This document shows positions 8,188 to 19,234 of a DNA stretch of 32,000 bases, in pieces. Positions within the stretch are counted from its first letter, which is position 1. Each line of letters starts with the position of its first letter. A model generated the notes under the pieces. The model did not search any database. It saw only the letters and a program-made list of their open reading frames with translations, and had not been told where the DNA came from. The stretch covers positions 870,001 through 902,000 of the forward strand of contig NZ_AP013043.1 in the NCBI RefSeq assembly GCF_016592615.1. Direction: 5' to 3'. The DNA is from Isorropodon fossajaponicum endosymbiont JTNG4. Lineage in GTDB: Bacteria > Pseudomonadota > Gammaproteobacteria > PS1 > Pseudothioglobaceae. Position numbers and translations under genes: made by a program.

Positions 8188-8995
8188 ATGGATTGAATAA
8201 ATCTATTATTTTATTCAATCCACCGAAGTTAATGGCAATATTGGCATGTTTCATAACGCTAGGCTTGGCGTGATAAGCAACACTCAATCCAGCAATATGC
8301 ATCATGTTTAAGTCATTAGCGCCATCACCCACTACAATAACCTGGTTATACAACAAGCCTTGTTTATCGCACAATTCCTTAATGAAATCCGCCTTAGCCT
8401 GTGCATTAATCATCAAGCCTTCTATAACGCCAGTTAATTGGTTATTTTCAACCGCTAGCACATTAGCACGTGCATAATCTAGTGCTAAATCTTGAGCCAA
8501 GCGATTGGTAAAATAAGTAAATCCACCTGAAACAACTGCCGTTTGAATAGACTTGGTTTTAAGAAATGAGATAAGCGCCCTACCACCAGGATTAACCGCT
8601 AAACGCTGAGTATAAACCTTGTCTAACACATCAGCACTAAGCCCTTTTAACAAAGCAACACGCTCGATTAAAGAGTCATCAAAATCCAATTTACCTTGCA
8701 TGGCAAGCTCGGTAATGACAGCTACTTGTGATTTAATATTGGCAAAATCAGCAATTTCATCAATGCATTCAATATTAACCAAGGTTGAATCCATGTCACT
8801 AACAAACAATTTAATGTTAGAAAAATCAATCTCAGGCAAGTGGTTAAAATCAGTTTGATGTTGTTGTCTTAAATCATCAAGATTGACCAGTGCCATTTGA
8901 TGGCGAATATGAGTGTTGAAAACTTGAAAATTGCTTGAAATTTGCTTAGCAATATTTTCATCTAGACTGTGTTGAATAGTAATTTGCATGCTCAA
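8186..8995 (-). CDS. serB: Phosphoserine phosphatase (HAD family)
   Basis: 269 aa. Contains FVSDMDSTLVNIECIDEIA...SGGF...VGDGANDLNM, HAD motifs I-III in a SerB-like arrangement. Confidence 0.8.
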   Translation of the reverse strand: MSMQITIQHSLDENIAKQISSNFQVFNTHIRHQMALVNLDDLRQQHQTDFNHLPEIDFSNIKLFVSDMDSTLVNIECIDEIADFANIKSQVAVITELAMQGKLDFDDSLIERVALLKGLSADVLDKVYTQRLAVNPGGRALISFLKTKSIQTAVVSGGFTYFTNRLAQDLALDYARANVLAVENNQLTGVIEGLMINAQAKADFIKELCDKQGLLYNQVIVVGDGANDLNMMHIAGLSVAYHAKPSVMKHANIAINFGGLNKIIDLFNP

Positions 8996-9011
8996 ATTAA
9001 CAACCTAATAT

Positions 9012-9096
9012 TGGTGCGGAAGGAGAGACTCGAACTCTCACGTCTTTCAACACTGGAACCTAAATCCAGCGTGTCTACCAATTCCACCACTCCCGC
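9012..9096 (-). tRNA. tRNA-Leu, anticodon UAG, with encoded CCA
   Basis: The reverse complement is GCGGGAGTGGTGGAATTGGTAGACACGCTGGATTTAGGTTCCAGTGTTGAAAGACGTGAGAGTTCGAGTCTCTCCTTCCGCACCA. It has a 7-bp acceptor stem (one G-U pair), anticodon stem CTGGA/TCCAG with loop TT-TAG-GT, a long variable arm and a GTTCGAGTC T-loop. Confidence 0.9.
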
Positions 9097-9122
9097 ATTT
9101 GAATCTAACACCCTCTCAGGGA

Positions 9123-9151
9123 GTTTGAAGATTTGAAATTATACCTAATTA
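9123..9151 (+). promoter_or_regulatory. Candidate sigma70-type promoter (TTGAAA-17 nt-TATAGT) for the 9191 ORF
   Basis: Read directly: ttgaaa at 9123-9128 and tatagt at 9146-9151. An RBS (aaggag) follows, 6 nt before the ATG at 9191. Such matches are common in AT-rich DNA. Confidence 0.35.
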
Positions 9152-9190
9152 GTGTTATAGTGACGACTTTTAAAACATGAAGGAGTAAGC

Positions 9191-9394
9191 ATGACAGTTA
9201 ATAACGTCGTATCAGCAATGGCTGGTGTTATTATTATGATTTCACTACTATTAGGTGCACAAGCAATCAGTCCATTTGCTTATAATTCTAATTGGTTGTG
9301 GTTAACTGCATTTGTTGGTTTTAACCTGTTTCAATCAGCGTTCACAGGGTTTTGCCCAGCAGCAATTATTGCAAAAAAATTGGGCGCTAAATAA
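9191..9394 (+). CDS. Small inner-membrane protein, DUF2892 / YgaP-C-terminal-like
   Basis: 67 aa with two TM helices and the C-terminal ...FNLFQSAFTGFCPAAIIAKKLG motif typical of DUF2892. It has a strong RBS and a downstream hairpin. Confidence 0.6.
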   Translation: MTVNNVVSAMAGVIIMISLLLGAQAISPFAYNSNWLWLTAFVGFNLFQSAFTGFCPAAIIAKKLGAK

Positions 9395-9407
9395 CCACAC
9401 TTACGCG

Positions 9408-9434
9408 CAAGCCTTACTAAATAAGTAAGGCTTG
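9408..9434 (+). terminator. Rho-independent terminator after the DUF2892-like gene
   Basis: 11-bp stem caagccttact / agtaaggcttg with loop aaata, followed by the T-rich tract taatttctattatttttt. Confidence 0.7.
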
Positions 9435-9450
9435 TAATTTCTATTATTTT

Positions 9451-10878
9451 TTAGATGGTGCGACTTTTGGCATCAAACCAATTCAGTTTTTCTCTTAATG
9501 TCACCACCTCGCCAATAATAATCAAAGTGGGGGCGTGAATGGTTTCATTTTCTACTAAGTCTGGCAATTCTTTTAGGGTTGTGATGTAAACCTTTTGCTC
9601 AGGTGTTGTGCCTTTTTCAACCAATGCCACTGGCATATCTGGGCGCATGCCATGTGTGATTAATTGCTCTGATAAATGTCTAGCGCCATTAAGTGCCATA
9701 TAAAATACAATGGTTTGTTGTTCAACCGCTAGCTCGTGCCAAGGCAGATTCATACTGCCATCTTTTAAGTGCCCCGTTACAAAACGACAAGATTGTGAAT
9801 AATCTCTATGCGTTAATGGAATACCTGAATAAGTAGAACAGCCAGAAGCTGCTGTAATACCAGGTACTACTTGAAAAGGTATGCCGTTTTCAGCCAATGT
9901 TTCAATCTCTTCACCACCACGGCCAAAAATAAAAGGATCCCCCCCTTTAAGACGACAAACTCTTCTGCCCTGTTTAGCCAAATCTACCAACAATTGATTA
10001 ATATCGCCTTGTGGCACAGCATGATTATCGCGCTCTTTGCCAACATAAATCAGTTGCGCATCGCGCCTAACCAGCTCCATAACACCTTCTGAAACCAAAC
10101 GGTCATACAAAACAACATCTGCCTGCTGCATAAGGCGCAAAGCTCTGAAGGTTAACAAATCAGGGTCACCAGGGCCGCCACCCACCAAGTAAACTTCACC
10201 CACTTGGGCTTTAGTGGCGCTATCAAGTTGTGCTTGTAAATCTACTTTGGCTTCCGATACTTTACCTGAGAATACTTTTTCAGCAATAATGCCAGAAAAG
10301 GCTTTTTCCCAAAAGTATCTCCTGTCTTCAATGTTGTTAAACTTTGCTTTAACTTTGTCTCTAAAATCGCCCGCTAATTCTGCCAATTTACCATACGCAT
10401 GTGGCAATGTGCTTTCTAGTTTTGCACGGATTAGACGCGCCAATACTGGCGCTTTTCCTGCTGATGAGATGGCAATCACGATAGGAGACCTGTCCACAAT
10501 TGAAGGCATAATAAACGTGCATAAATCTGGAGAGTCGACCACATTAACGGGAATATTGTTTTGATTGGCCAGCTCAGACACTTGCTTATTAAGACTGGTG
10601 TTATCTGTCGCTGAGACAATTAAAACTTGCCTCTTAATATCAGCTAGCTCAAAGCTCTTTTCAAGATAAGTAATTTTGTTGTCACTGGCTAATTTAGCCA
10701 CATTTTTACAACTCTTTTTTGCAATACAAGTTACCTGCCCATGGGCTTTTAACAAAAGATTGATTTTGCGATAAGCAATATCGCCACCACCAATAACCAA
10801 ACAAGGTTTTTGTTTAATATCAATAAAAATAGGTAGATAATTCACAGATTGTTTAGTGCTACTAATGAGTTGGCACAA
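9451..10878 (-). CDS. cysG: Siroheme synthase (precorrin-2 dehydrogenase/ferrochelatase plus uroporphyrinogen-III C-methyltransferase)
   Basis: 475 aa. It has an N-terminal Rossmann-type VIGGGDIAYRK and a C-terminal SUMT domain (VYLVGGGPGDPDLLTFRALRLMQQADVVLYDRLV...RLKGGDPFIFGRGGEE). Confidence 0.9.
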   Translation of the reverse strand: MCQLISSTKQSVNYLPIFIDIKQKPCLVIGGGDIAYRKINLLLKAHGQVTCIAKKSCKNVAKLASDNKITYLEKSFELADIKRQVLIVSATDNTSLNKQVSELANQNNIPVNVVDSPDLCTFIMPSIVDRSPIVIAISSAGKAPVLARLIRAKLESTLPHAYGKLAELAGDFRDKVKAKFNNIEDRRYFWEKAFSGIIAEKVFSGKVSEAKVDLQAQLDSATKAQVGEVYLVGGGPGDPDLLTFRALRLMQQADVVLYDRLVSEGVMELVRRDAQLIYVGKERDNHAVPQGDINQLLVDLAKQGRRVCRLKGGDPFIFGRGGEEIETLAENGIPFQVVPGITAASGCSTYSGIPLTHRDYSQSCRFVTGHLKDGSMNLPWHELAVEQQTIVFYMALNGARHLSEQLITHGMRPDMPVALVEKGTTPEQKVYITTLKELPDLVENETIHAPTLIIIGEVVTLREKLNWFDAKSRTI

Positions 10879-10941
10879 GTAAAATAAAAGTTTATATTAT
10901 AATGTTTTAATAATCTATATAGACACAAAACACTTATTGTT

Positions 10942-11349
10942 ATGCCTAGTAAACACTATACCTGTCCTTTTTCCAACCTAATACTTAGTGGTAGATGCGG
11001 CTGTAAATTTGGTGCAAAAGATTGCATTGCAGAAAAAGAATTTGGCGCTTGTTTGGATGGCTCGTCTTCCAAACAATGCCAATCGTTGTATGCTCATTTG
11101 CGCGATAATAGCGATTTTGTCTTAAACACACACCATCAAAATAATTTATCAGTCGGGCAGCAATCAAAAATTAAAATGGGTGGCTTGTTGGCTTTGCAAG
11201 AAATTCTTAACACTGAAAACAGCAATCAAATTGAAGACATATCTAATCTGGTAAAAATTATCGAAGAGACATATATGGATTTTAAAAACATTCCCTTCTC
11301 AAAACTCATGCCTAGAATTGCACAATTCAAATTTAGGAAAAAACCTTAA
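10942..11349 (+). CDS. Hypothetical protein with a Cys-rich N-terminus (7 Cys in the first ~46 residues)
   Basis: 135 aa: HYTCPFSNLILSGRCGCKFGAKDCIAEKEFGACLDGSSSKQCQ.... I recognise no family. Its stop codon overlaps the convergent hda stop (TTAA at 11346-11349). Confidence 0.45.
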   Translation: MPSKHYTCPFSNLILSGRCGCKFGAKDCIAEKEFGACLDGSSSKQCQSLYAHLRDNSDFVLNTHHQNNLSVGQQSKIKMGGLLALQEILNTENSNQIEDISNLVKIIEETYMDFKNIPFSKLMPRIAQFKFRKKP

Positions 11350-12014
11350 ATACTCAATATTTGTTTAACAAAGGGGATGGAAATGTTACTTTTTCTCTGT
11401 AGTGATGCTTTATCTAAAATACTAATTACGTTCAAAACATCGTTCAAATCGCGTGAAAAAACTTTGAATAAATAACGATACACTTTACTGTTTATATTGA
11501 TATCCACCATTTTGCGCTCAATAATAAGAATTTTTTGCTCATCATTGAGTGTTTCCAGTGTGAAAGTAACTGCCAAAGACAGGCGTGTTTTTAAATCTTT
11601 TAATAGATTTAACTCATTAGGCAAACCGCTTGCAGAAATAATCAACTTAGTGTTGGTTGGTTTAATCCTGTTATATAAATCGAATAACGCCTGTTGTTGG
11701 ATGGTGCTTAAATAATCAACATTATCAATACACATCCAATCAATAGGCACTAAATCACTTATTACCCCCTCTGGCAGCTCTTGCTTTATATCAATATAAA
11801 TAACATCTAATTGTTCATCTAGTGCACTAAAAGCGCAACCTTGCAATAGGTGGGTTTTACCACTAGATTTAACACCTGAAATAAAGACAACAGCTGAGCC
11901 TTTTTGAGTCAATAATTGATTAAAAAAATCTAGGACTTGTTGATTTTTCTTGCCAATAAAATTGGACAATAACATTTTTGAATTTAATGAAAGTGGCAAT
12001 CCAAGTTGATTCAT
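11346..12014 (-). CDS. hda: DnaA regulatory inactivator Hda
   Basis: 222 aa. Contains Walker-like GVKSSGKTHLLQ, ...ALFDLYNRI..., and a C-terminal ...ISIPFVKQILSI closely resembling E. coli Hda. Synteny with purMN, as in other gammaproteobacteria. Confidence 0.85.
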   Translation of the reverse strand: MNQLGLPLSLNSKMLLSNFIGKKNQQVLDFFNQLLTQKGSAVVFISGVKSSGKTHLLQGCAFSALDEQLDVIYIDIKQELPEGVISDLVPIDWMCIDNVDYLSTIQQQALFDLYNRIKPTNTKLIISASGLPNELNLLKDLKTRLSLAVTFTLETLNDEQKILIIERKMVDININSKVYRYLFKVFSRDLNDVLNVISILDKASLQRKSNISIPFVKQILSI

Positions 12015-12604
12015 TGGGAGTTTTTTTTCTCTTGCAAGATAACTTGTTCAACCCAAATCCACACATAATCTGCACCGCTAAGTACGGTTGAAGTGGCTAC
12101 AATAATAAAGAAAATAGTGCTATATTGCGACAAGACTGGATACATTTGCACCATCACCAAAAATAAAACCAGTGCAATTTGCAATACAGTATTAATTTTT
12201 GAAAGTTTTGAGGGTGATAATAAATCACTTTTAGATGTGCCTGAGCCGATAAAACACCCAACTGTGCCTGAAACAATCATAAAATCACGCAAAAAAACCA
12301 ACACTAATAACCATAGTGGCAATAATCCAATCACGTATAAGACCACAAAACTACTGACTAATAGCAACTTGTCTGCCATCGGATCTAAAATAGAGCCTAA
12401 TCTACTTTGAAAGGAGTAGCGCTTAGCAATCCATCCATCCAGTGCATCAGTAATGCCTGCAATAAAAAACAGCACCATTGCCAAAAAATATTGATGATTT
12501 AACAAAGTCATAACAACTGGCACTGTTAAAATAATGCGTAAAATTGAAAGCGCATTAGGCAATGAAGAAAAACTCATTTTTTTTATTTGCTGAAAAGAAT
12601 TCAA
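12011..12604 (-). CDS. CDP-alcohol phosphatidyltransferase family protein (PgsA-like)
   Basis: 197 aa polytopic protein with the motif DALDGWIAKRYSFQSRLGSILDPMADKL (D-x2-DG-x2-AR-x8-G-x3-D-x3-D). ATGA overlap with hda. Confidence 0.75.
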   Translation of the reverse strand: MNSFQQIKKMSFSSLPNALSILRIILTVPVVMTLLNHQYFLAMVLFFIAGITDALDGWIAKRYSFQSRLGSILDPMADKLLLVSSFVVLYVIGLLPLWLLVLVFLRDFMIVSGTVGCFIGSGTSKSDLLSPSKLSKINTVLQIALVLFLVMVQMYPVLSQYSTIFFIIVATSTVLSGADYVWIWVEQVILQEKKNSQ

Positions 12605-12632
12605 AAGAAATTAATTATACGGAAAAACTGTC

Positions 12633-13634
12633 ATGTCATCACTCTCATACCTTGACTCAGGCGTTGACATTACCAAAGGTAATGCACTAGTTGAACAAAT
12701 CAAACCGATTGCTAAATCAACCTCCAGATCTGGAGTATTGGCTGGTCTTGGTGGTTTTGGTGCGATGTTTGAATTGCCCATTAATAAATATAAAAACCCA
12801 GTTCTAATTTCAGGTACAGATGGTGTTGGCACCAAACTTAAAGTGGCACAAATGTTAAATAAGCATGATACGATTGGCATCGATTTAGTTGCCATGTGCG
12901 TGAATGACTTAATTGTCCAAGGTGCTGAGCCGTTATTTTTCCTAGATTATTATGCAACAGGCAAGTTAAATACCAAGCTAGCCACATCTGTTATTCATGG
13001 CATTGGCGAAGGCTGCAAGCAATCAGGCTGTGCTTTAATTGGTGGTGAAACAGCTGAAATGCCAGGTATGTACCAAGGTGAAGAGTATGACCTTGCTGGT
13101 TTTTGTGTGGGCATTACTGATAAAGATAAAATAATTGATGGCACCAAAGTCACTAAAGGTAATCATATCATTGCCCTGGCATCTTCAGGTCCACACTCTA
13201 ATGGTTATTCACTAATACGCAAAGTTCTGGCGCAATCAGACCCAACTGAGGCGCAATTAAGCGCGCTAATTGAGCCTACTAAAATTTATGTAAAATCAGT
13301 ATTATCACTGATTGAAAAATTCTCAGTACATGCTATTTCACATATTACAGGTGGTGGCTTGTTGGAAAATATTCCTAGAGTATTGCCTGAAAACTTGAGT
13401 GCAAAACTTGACACTGACTCTTGGCAACTACCCAGTATTTTTCAGTTTTTACAAGACAATGGCAATATTGATATGATGGAGATGTATCGAGTATTTAACT
13501 GTGGCATAGGCATGGTTATTATTGTACCAGCGCAACAAAGCACTGACGCCATTCAACACTTAAACGAACTGGGCGAACATGCTTGGCTAGTGGGTGAAAT
13601 TACGAACAATCAAGGCAGTCAAGTTATCATTTAA
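12633..13634 (+). CDS. purM: Phosphoribosylformylglycinamidine cyclo-ligase (AIR synthetase)
   Basis: 333 aa. Contains [22 protein letters not shown]...GTDGVGTKL...[10 protein letters not shown]... Confidence 0.9.
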   Translation: MSSLSYLDSGVDITKGNALVEQIKPIAKSTSRSGVLAGLGGFGAMFELPINKYKNPVLISGTDGVGTKLKVAQMLNKHDTIGIDLVAMCVNDLIVQGAEPLFFLDYYATGKLNTKLATSVIHGIGEGCKQSGCALIGGETAEMPGMYQGEEYDLAGFCVGITDKDKIIDGTKVTKGNHIIALASSGPHSNGYSLIRKVLAQSDPTEAQLSALIEPTKIYVKSVLSLIEKFSVHAISHITGGGLLENIPRVLPENLSAKLDTDSWQLPSIFQFLQDNGNIDMMEMYRVFNCGIGMVIIVPAQQSTDAIQHLNELGEHAWLVGEITNNQGSQVII

Positions 13635-13648
13635 CTTGTATATTAAAT

Positions 13649-14263
13649 ATGGATGGTGTTGTTTTAATTTCTGGTAACGGCTCAAACCTACAATCAATTA
13701 TCGACCATTCCACTGCTATTGATTTAGACATTAAAGCAGTTATTAGTAACCACAGTAGTGCCTATGGCCTTAAACGTGCTGAACGTGCAAATATTTCTAC
13801 CCACACACTGGATCACAAACAATTTTCATCTAGAGAGGAGTTTGACCAAGCGTTAAGCAACATTATTAATCAATACAATCCTGAAATTGTTATTCTTGCT
13901 GGCTTTATGCGCATACTAGGTGCTGAATTTACACACCAATATTCAGGAAAAATGCTCAACATTCATCCCTCGTTATTGCCAAAATTTCAAGGGCTTAATA
14001 CCCATCAAAGAGTCATAGAAGCTAAAGAAAGTCAGCATGGTGTTAGTATTCACTTTGTGACTGAGCAACTTGATGGAGGCCCTATTATTGCCCAAGCTAG
14101 TGTTGATATCATTGATATCATTGATACAGATACAGCAGAATCTTTGGCAAAACGCGTTTTGCTTGAGGAGCATAAATTATTCCCTAAAGTCATTCATTGG
14201 TTTACACAAGGCAGGCTAAAACTTGAAAAAAATCACGCTATACTAGATGGAAAAGTCTTATGA
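13649..14263 (+). CDS. purN: Phosphoribosylglycinamide formyltransferase
   Basis: 204 aa. Contains VLISGNGSNLQSII...ILAGFMRIL...NIHPSLLPKFQGL...HGVSIHFVTEQLDGGPII. Confidence 0.9.
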   Translation: MDGVVLISGNGSNLQSIIDHSTAIDLDIKAVISNHSSAYGLKRAERANISTHTLDHKQFSSREEFDQALSNIINQYNPEIVILAGFMRILGAEFTHQYSGKMLNIHPSLLPKFQGLNTHQRVIEAKESQHGVSIHFVTEQLDGGPIIAQASVDIIDIIDTDTAESLAKRVLLEEHKLFPKVIHWFTQGRLKLEKNHAILDGKVL

Positions 14264-15003
14264 GGGTGCTTGCCTTAATTATATTCACAATCTTAATTAA
14301 CCCCACAACGTACGCCTTAAAAGCGCATACTGCCAACTATAAATTATCAATTAACGGTTTTAAAATAGCCGAGGAAGTGAGAACATTACACAAACTAGAT
14401 AAACATTATTTTTATACTGCAAATGCCAGAACCTCAGGACTTGCAGCCTTTATAAAAGACTATTCCATAGCAGCAAGTTCTACCTTTTCTACTAATCGTC
14501 AAGGTGTTAATGCTATACATTACCAAATCATAGAACAAGAAGACGGGGAATTGGTTAAAAATTATGCTATTGATATCCATTCAAAAAATCATACTGTTGT
14601 GTCTATTCTCACTAAAACCCAGCCAAAAATTAAAACTTGGCACTCTAAAGATGGCAACATTGTTGATCCACTAAGTTTGTTTTTAGCTTTGTCAAATGAT
14701 TTAGAGCACAACCCTAATCAATCAATATTTACCTACCAAGTGACCAATGGAAAATCAATCGAACAGCATCAATACAAAAGAACTAATGGACACTTGCTTA
14801 AAATCAACGACCAATCTGTTAAAGCCATTAAAGTTAGCAGAATAAATGCTAATAATAACAATATAAAAGCTTACTTTTTATCTAAATATCAATATTTACC
14901 TGTATTGATAGAACAAAATAAAGGCAACAAAAGATACACCTACACATTAACTAATTTGCAGATTAAAAATGAAGTTAAAGATAAACTACAAGTAAGCTTT
15001 TAA
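14260..15003 (+). CDS. DUF3108-like periplasmic/outer-membrane protein
   Basis: 247 aa with a signal peptide and a beta-rich sequence. Its position directly after purN (ATGA overlap) matches the purN-DUF3108 synteny I recall from other gammaproteobacteria. Confidence 0.5.
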   Translation: MRVLALIIFTILINPTTYALKAHTANYKLSINGFKIAEEVRTLHKLDKHYFYTANARTSGLAAFIKDYSIAASSTFSTNRQGVNAIHYQIIEQEDGELVKNYAIDIHSKNHTVVSILTKTQPKIKTWHSKDGNIVDPLSLFLALSNDLEHNPNQSIFTYQVTNGKSIEQHQYKRTNGHLLKINDQSVKAIKVSRINANNNNIKAYFLSKYQYLPVLIEQNKGNKRYTYTLTNLQIKNEVKDKLQVSF

Positions 15004-17802
15004 ATATTCGCCTGTGTACGACCCTTTAACTTGAGCCACCTCTTCTGGCGTGCCGAATGCAATAATCTGCCCGCCTTTATTACCCCCTTCAGGGCCTAAA
15101 TCAACAATCCAATCTGCAGTTTTAATAACATCAAGATTGTGCTCAATAATCACAATGGTATTGTTGCGCTCACGCAACCTATTAATAACTGACAGCAAAA
15201 GTTTAATATCATGAAAATGCAAGCCTGTTGTTGGTTCATCAAGAATATAGAGCGTTTGTCCAGTATCCATTTTTGACAACTCTTTTGCTAATTTGATGCG
15301 TTGCGCCTCACCACCAGATAAGGTGGTTGCATTTTGTCCAAGGGTGATATAAGAAAGCCCAACATCCATTAAAGTTTGTAATTTTTGTTTAATTTTAGGC
15401 ATGGGTTGGAAAAATTCACAAGCCTGTTCTACGGTCATGTCAAGCACCTGTGCAATACTTTTCCCCTTGTAAAGCACTTCTAAAGTTTGTTGATTGTAAC
15501 GCTGGCCTTTGCACACATCACATGACACATAAACATCTGGTAAAAAATGCATTTCTACCTTGATTAGCCCATCGCCCTTGCACGCTTCACATCTACCGCC
15601 TTTAACATTAAAACTAAAACGCCCTGCTTTATAACCACATGTTCTTGCTTCTAAAGTTTGTGAAAATAAATCACGAATTAATGAGAACACGCCTGTATAA
15701 GTGGCTGGATTAGAGCGTGGTGTGCGTCCAATTGGGCTTTGGTCAATATTGACAATTTTGTCAAAATAATCCAAACCTTCAACTGACTCATATTCAGCAG
15801 GCGTTGTTTGTGCGCGATTAAGCTCCCTGGCTGCTAAAGCATATAAAGTGTCGTTAATTAAAGTTGACTTTCCAGAGCCAGATACACCTGTCACACAAGT
15901 CAATACACCCACAGGGATAGACAAGTCAACCTTGTTAAGATTATTACCCCTAGCGCCTTTAATGCGCAACCACTGACTGGCACTTTTACGTTTAGCAGGC
16001 ACTTCAATACTTTGACGACCACTTAAATAATCACCCGTTAAAGACTTAAGGTTGTTTTCAATGTCTTTAGGACTGCCCATTGCAACAATTTCACCACCAT
16101 GAATACCAGCGCCAGGACCGATATCAATCACGTAATCAGCTTGTTTAATTGCCTCCTCATCATGCTCTACCACAATTACTGTATTGCCAATATCACGCAA
16201 ATAAGTCAGTGTATTTAGTAACTTTTGATTGTCTCTTTGATGCAGACCGATTGATGGTTCATCAAGCACATACAACACCCCCATCAATCCTGCACCAATC
16301 TGACTAGCTAAGCGAATGCGCTGCGCCTCACCGCCTGACAAACTATTTGCTCTACGGTCAAGGCTTAAATATTCCAAACCCACGTTAATTAAAAACGCTA
16401 AACGTTGGACAATTTCTTTTAAAATCTTATCCGCAATTTGACCACGAGCTCCTTCCAACTTCAACTCTTTGAAAAAATCATAAATATCAGCAATGGAAAG
16501 TTTGGTGATGTTTGATAAGTTTTGCCCATCAATGAATACATTTCTAGCCGATTCATTCAACCTATCGCCATGGCATTGTCCGCAATCCTTGCTCACCACA
16601 TAACGAGAAAGCTCTTCTCTAACACTACGAATCTCACTTTCTTCATAACGGCGCATCATTCTTGGAATAATGCCTTCAAATGGCTTGGCTTTATTAGACC
16701 AGCCTTTACGTCCTTTTATTTTAGAAAAGTCAATGTCATCTGTACCACTCCCGTAAAGGACAATTTTTTTGTGCTTATCACTTAATTGCTCATAAGGGGT
16801 TTCAATACTAAAGCCATAATACTTACCTACCAACATTAACATTTGATAAAAATAAGCATTTGAGCGTCCCCAGCCATAAACAGCGCCATCCGCCAAACTC
16901 ATGCTAGGATTGACCACGACTTTTTGCTCATCAAATGTATCTTTTACACCCAATCCATCACAAGTTTGGCAAGCACCAACTGGATTGTTAAATGAAAAAA
17001 GTCTAGGCTCTAATTCACTTAATGAGTAGCCACACTCAACACAAGAAAATTTAGCAGAAAACACCTTTTCTTGCCAAGATGGTTCATCATCCATAGATGC
17101 AACTCGCACCAAACCTGCACTTAAATTAAGTGCAGTTTCTAACGATTCAGACAAGCGTGAAGCCATATCTTCTCGTATTTTTAAACGATCAATGATAATT
17201 TCAATAGTATGGTTAACCTTGCCATTAAGTACTTCCATTTCATCTATATACACGACTACACCATCAACTCTAGCTCTTAAAAAACCTTGGTGATTTAATT
17301 CTTCTAATAGTTTTATATGGCTGCCTTTGCGATTTTGCACAATAGGTGCTAGCAACATGATTTTCTCACCCGTTGGTAATTTGACAATGCCGTCCACCAT
17401 TTGAGAAATGGTTTGAGATTCAAGATTAATTTGGTGCTTTGGACACTTAGGAATGCCTGCGCGAGCAAACAACAACCTTAAATAATCATAAATTTCTGTA
17501 ATTGTGCCGACCGTTGAGCGTGGGTTGTGTGAGGTGGCTTTTTGCTCAATAGAGATGGCTGGAGAGAGTCCTTCAATATGGTCAACATCAGGTTTTTCCA
17601 TGAGTGATAAAAACTGACGTGCATAAGCCGATAAAGACTCTACATAGCGACGCTGCCCTTCTGCATAAATGGTATCAAAAGCCAGTGAAGATTTACCCGA
17701 ACCAGACAAGCCAGTAATCACAACTAACTTGTTTCTAGGAATATCAATATCGATATTTTTTAAATTGTGGACTCTGGCACCACGAATACTAATTTGATCC
17801 AT
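14986..17802 (-). CDS. uvrA: Excinuclease ABC subunit A
   Basis: The track ORF runs to 17841, but the conserved N-terminus [22 protein letters not shown]...[34 protein letters not shown] starts at the Met at 17802. It has two ABC modules and zinc-finger cysteines. Confidence 0.95.
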   Translation of the reverse strand: MDQISIRGARVHNLKNIDIDIPRNKLVVITGLSGSGKSSLAFDTIYAEGQRRYVESLSAYARQFLSLMEKPDVDHIEGLSPAISIEQKATSHNPRSTVGTITEIYDYLRLLFARAGIPKCPKHQINLESQTISQMVDGIVKLPTGEKIMLLAPIVQNRKGSHIKLLEELNHQGFLRARVDGVVVYIDEMEVLNGKVNHTIEIIIDRLKIREDMASRLSESLETALNLSAGLVRVASMDDEPSWQEKVFSAKFSCVECGYSLSELEPRLFSFNNPVGACQTCDGLGVKDTFDEQKVVVNPSMSLADGAVYGWGRSNAYFYQMLMLVGKYYGFSIETPYEQLSDKHKKIVLYGSGTDDIDFSKIKGRKGWSNKAKPFEGIIPRMMRRYEESEIRSVREELSRYVVSKDCGQCHGDRLNESARNVFIDGQNLSNITKLSIADIYDFFKELKLEGARGQIADKILKEIVQRLAFLINVGLEYLSLDRRANSLSGGEAQRIRLASQIGAGLMGVLYVLDEPSIGLHQRDNQKLLNTLTYLRDIGNTVIVVEHDEEAIKQADYVIDIGPGAGIHGGEIVAMGSPKDIENNLKSLTGDYLSGRQSIEVPAKRKSASQWLRIKGARGNNLNKVDLSIPVGVLTCVTGVSGSGKSTLINDTLYALAARELNRAQTTPAEYESVEGLDYFDKIVNIDQSPIGRTPRSNPATYTGVFSLIRDLFSQTLEARTCGYKAGRFSFNVKGGRCEACKGDGLIKVEMHFLPDVYVSCDVCKGQRYNQQTLEVLYKGKSIAQVLDMTVEQACEFFQPMPKIKQKLQTLMDVGLSYITLGQNATTLSGGEAQRIKLAKELSKMDTGQTLYILDEPTTGLHFHDIKLLLSVINRLRERNNTIVIIEHNLDVIKTADWIVDLGPEGGNKGGQIIAFGTPEEVAQVKGSYTGEYLKAYL

Positions 17803-17880
17803 ATAAAATATGTCGGACAAAGGGTTAATTATAACCACCAAGACGGGTAAAATCAGCCCAATATTATGACTTTTTAGCGC

Positions 17881-18600
17881 ATGTTAATGAGTAAATACAA
17901 ACGCATCTTATTAAAACTCAGTGGTGAGGCCTTGGCCAGCACTGAAAATACAATTGACCCAGTAACACTAAACAAGGTTGTTGATATTATCAAATCAGTA
18001 CTTAGTCAAAATATTGAAATAGCGATTGTTGTTGGTGGTGGTAATATTTTTAGAGGTGCAGCACTCGCACAAGCTGGTATGAATCGCATTACTGGTGACC
18101 ATATGGGCATGTTGGCAACGGTTATGAATGCACTTGCTATTGCAGATACTTGTCAAAAAAATAAGGTTGATACACTGGTCATGTCTGGCTTTCCAATTGG
18201 TGGTGGTGTGTGTGATTCAATTAACCACGTGCGCGCTAAACAAGCTTTAAACAAGGGTAGGGTCGTCATTTTTTGTGCAGGCACAGGCAGTCCATGCTTT
18301 ACTACTGACACTGGCGCAGCACTACGTGCTATTGAAATTGATGCAGACGCTGTATTTAAAGCCACCAAAGTGGATGGCATTTATACTAGCGACCCCATTA
18401 AAAATCCCGGTGCAAAACGTTATGATTCATTAAGTTTTGATGAAGCGATTGAGAAAAATCTTCAAATTATGGACGTATCCGCATTTGCACTATGTCGTGA
18501 ACATGATATGGAAATTTGTGTATTCAGTATGCTAGAAAATACCAACACATTATCAGGTATTTTAAAAGGCGAGCCTTTAGGCACTATCGTAAGGAAATAA
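17881..18600 (+). CDS. pyrH: UMP kinase
   Basis: 239 aa. Contains [12 protein letters not shown]...[10 protein letters not shown]...[17 protein letters not shown].... The start may be the Met at 17887. Confidence 0.9.
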   Translation: MLMSKYKRILLKLSGEALASTENTIDPVTLNKVVDIIKSVLSQNIEIAIVVGGGNIFRGAALAQAGMNRITGDHMGMLATVMNALAIADTCQKNKVDTLVMSGFPIGGGVCDSINHVRAKQALNKGRVVIFCAGTGSPCFTTDTGAALRAIEIDADAVFKATKVDGIYTSDPIKNPGAKRYDSLSFDEAIEKNLQIMDVSAFALCREHDMEICVFSMLENTNTLSGILKGEPLGTIVRK

Positions 18601-18603
18601 ATT

Positions 18604-19161
18604 ATGTTAAATGAAATACAACAAGACGCACAAAGCAGAATGAATAAAAGTGTCACCTCACTTGAGAATGCTTTTAGTAAAATTAGAGCAGGTCGCGCGC
18701 ACCCATCACTACTTGAGCAAATTCATGTGGATTATTATGGCTCTATGGTGCCACTGTCCCAAGTAGCCAGTATCAGTGCAGAGGATTCACGCACACTTAA
18801 AGTGTCTCCATGGGAAAAGGACATGGTGGCTGTGATTGAAAAAGCCATTATGACATCAGATTTAGGACTTAATCCACAAACCATGGGGCAAGTTATGCGT
18901 ATTCCTTTGCCACCACTTACCCAAGAGCGCCGAGGCGAATTAGTAAAAGTCGTCAAAGATGAAGCAGAACAAGCTAAAGTTGCTATTCGCAATATTCGTC
19001 GCGATGCCAATTCTGATTTTAAAGAACTGTTAAAAGAAAAAGAAATTTCAGAAGATGAGGCTAGAAAAGCAGAAGATGATATTCAAAAAATTACTGATAC
19101 ACACATTAAAGAAATAGAAACCAAATTTGGCGAAAAAGAAAACTCTCTGTTAGAAATTTAA
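18604..19161 (+). CDS. frr: Ribosome recycling factor
   Basis: 185 aa. Contains ...[35 protein letters not shown]...[19 protein letters not shown]...IRNIRRDAN. Confidence 0.95.
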   Translation: MLNEIQQDAQSRMNKSVTSLENAFSKIRAGRAHPSLLEQIHVDYYGSMVPLSQVASISAEDSRTLKVSPWEKDMVAVIEKAIMTSDLGLNPQTMGQVMRIPLPPLTQERRGELVKVVKDEAEQAKVAIRNIRRDANSDFKELLKEKEISEDEARKAEDDIQKITDTHIKEIETKFGEKENSLLEI

Positions 19162-19191
19162 TCCAATCTTTAAACAACCAATTAATAAAAA

Positions 19192-19213
19192 AAGCCCGCT
19201 TTGTGTCGGGCTT
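19192..19213. terminator. Bidirectional rho-independent terminator between frr and the convergent 127-aa ORF
   Basis: Stem aagcccg / cgggctt with loop ctttgtgt, an A-run upstream (ataaaaaaa) and a T-run downstream (cttttga). Confidence 0.75.
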
Positions 19214-19234
19214 CTTTTGATAACTTAATGAGTG

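Noticed and set aside
8996-9190. tRNA-Leu as an integration hotspot for a genomic island
   Set aside because: No integrase, no direct repeat of the tRNA 3' end and no compositional break are nearby. The flanking genes are ordinary.
12611-12895. 94-aa minus-strand ORF overlapping the purM 5' end
   Set aside because: It is antisense to the highly conserved PurM N-terminus. The purM call explains the region.
17803-17880. Looked for a LexA SOS box (CTGT-N8-ACAG) upstream of uvrA
   Set aside because: No such motif is present in the uvrA-pyrH divergent spacer.
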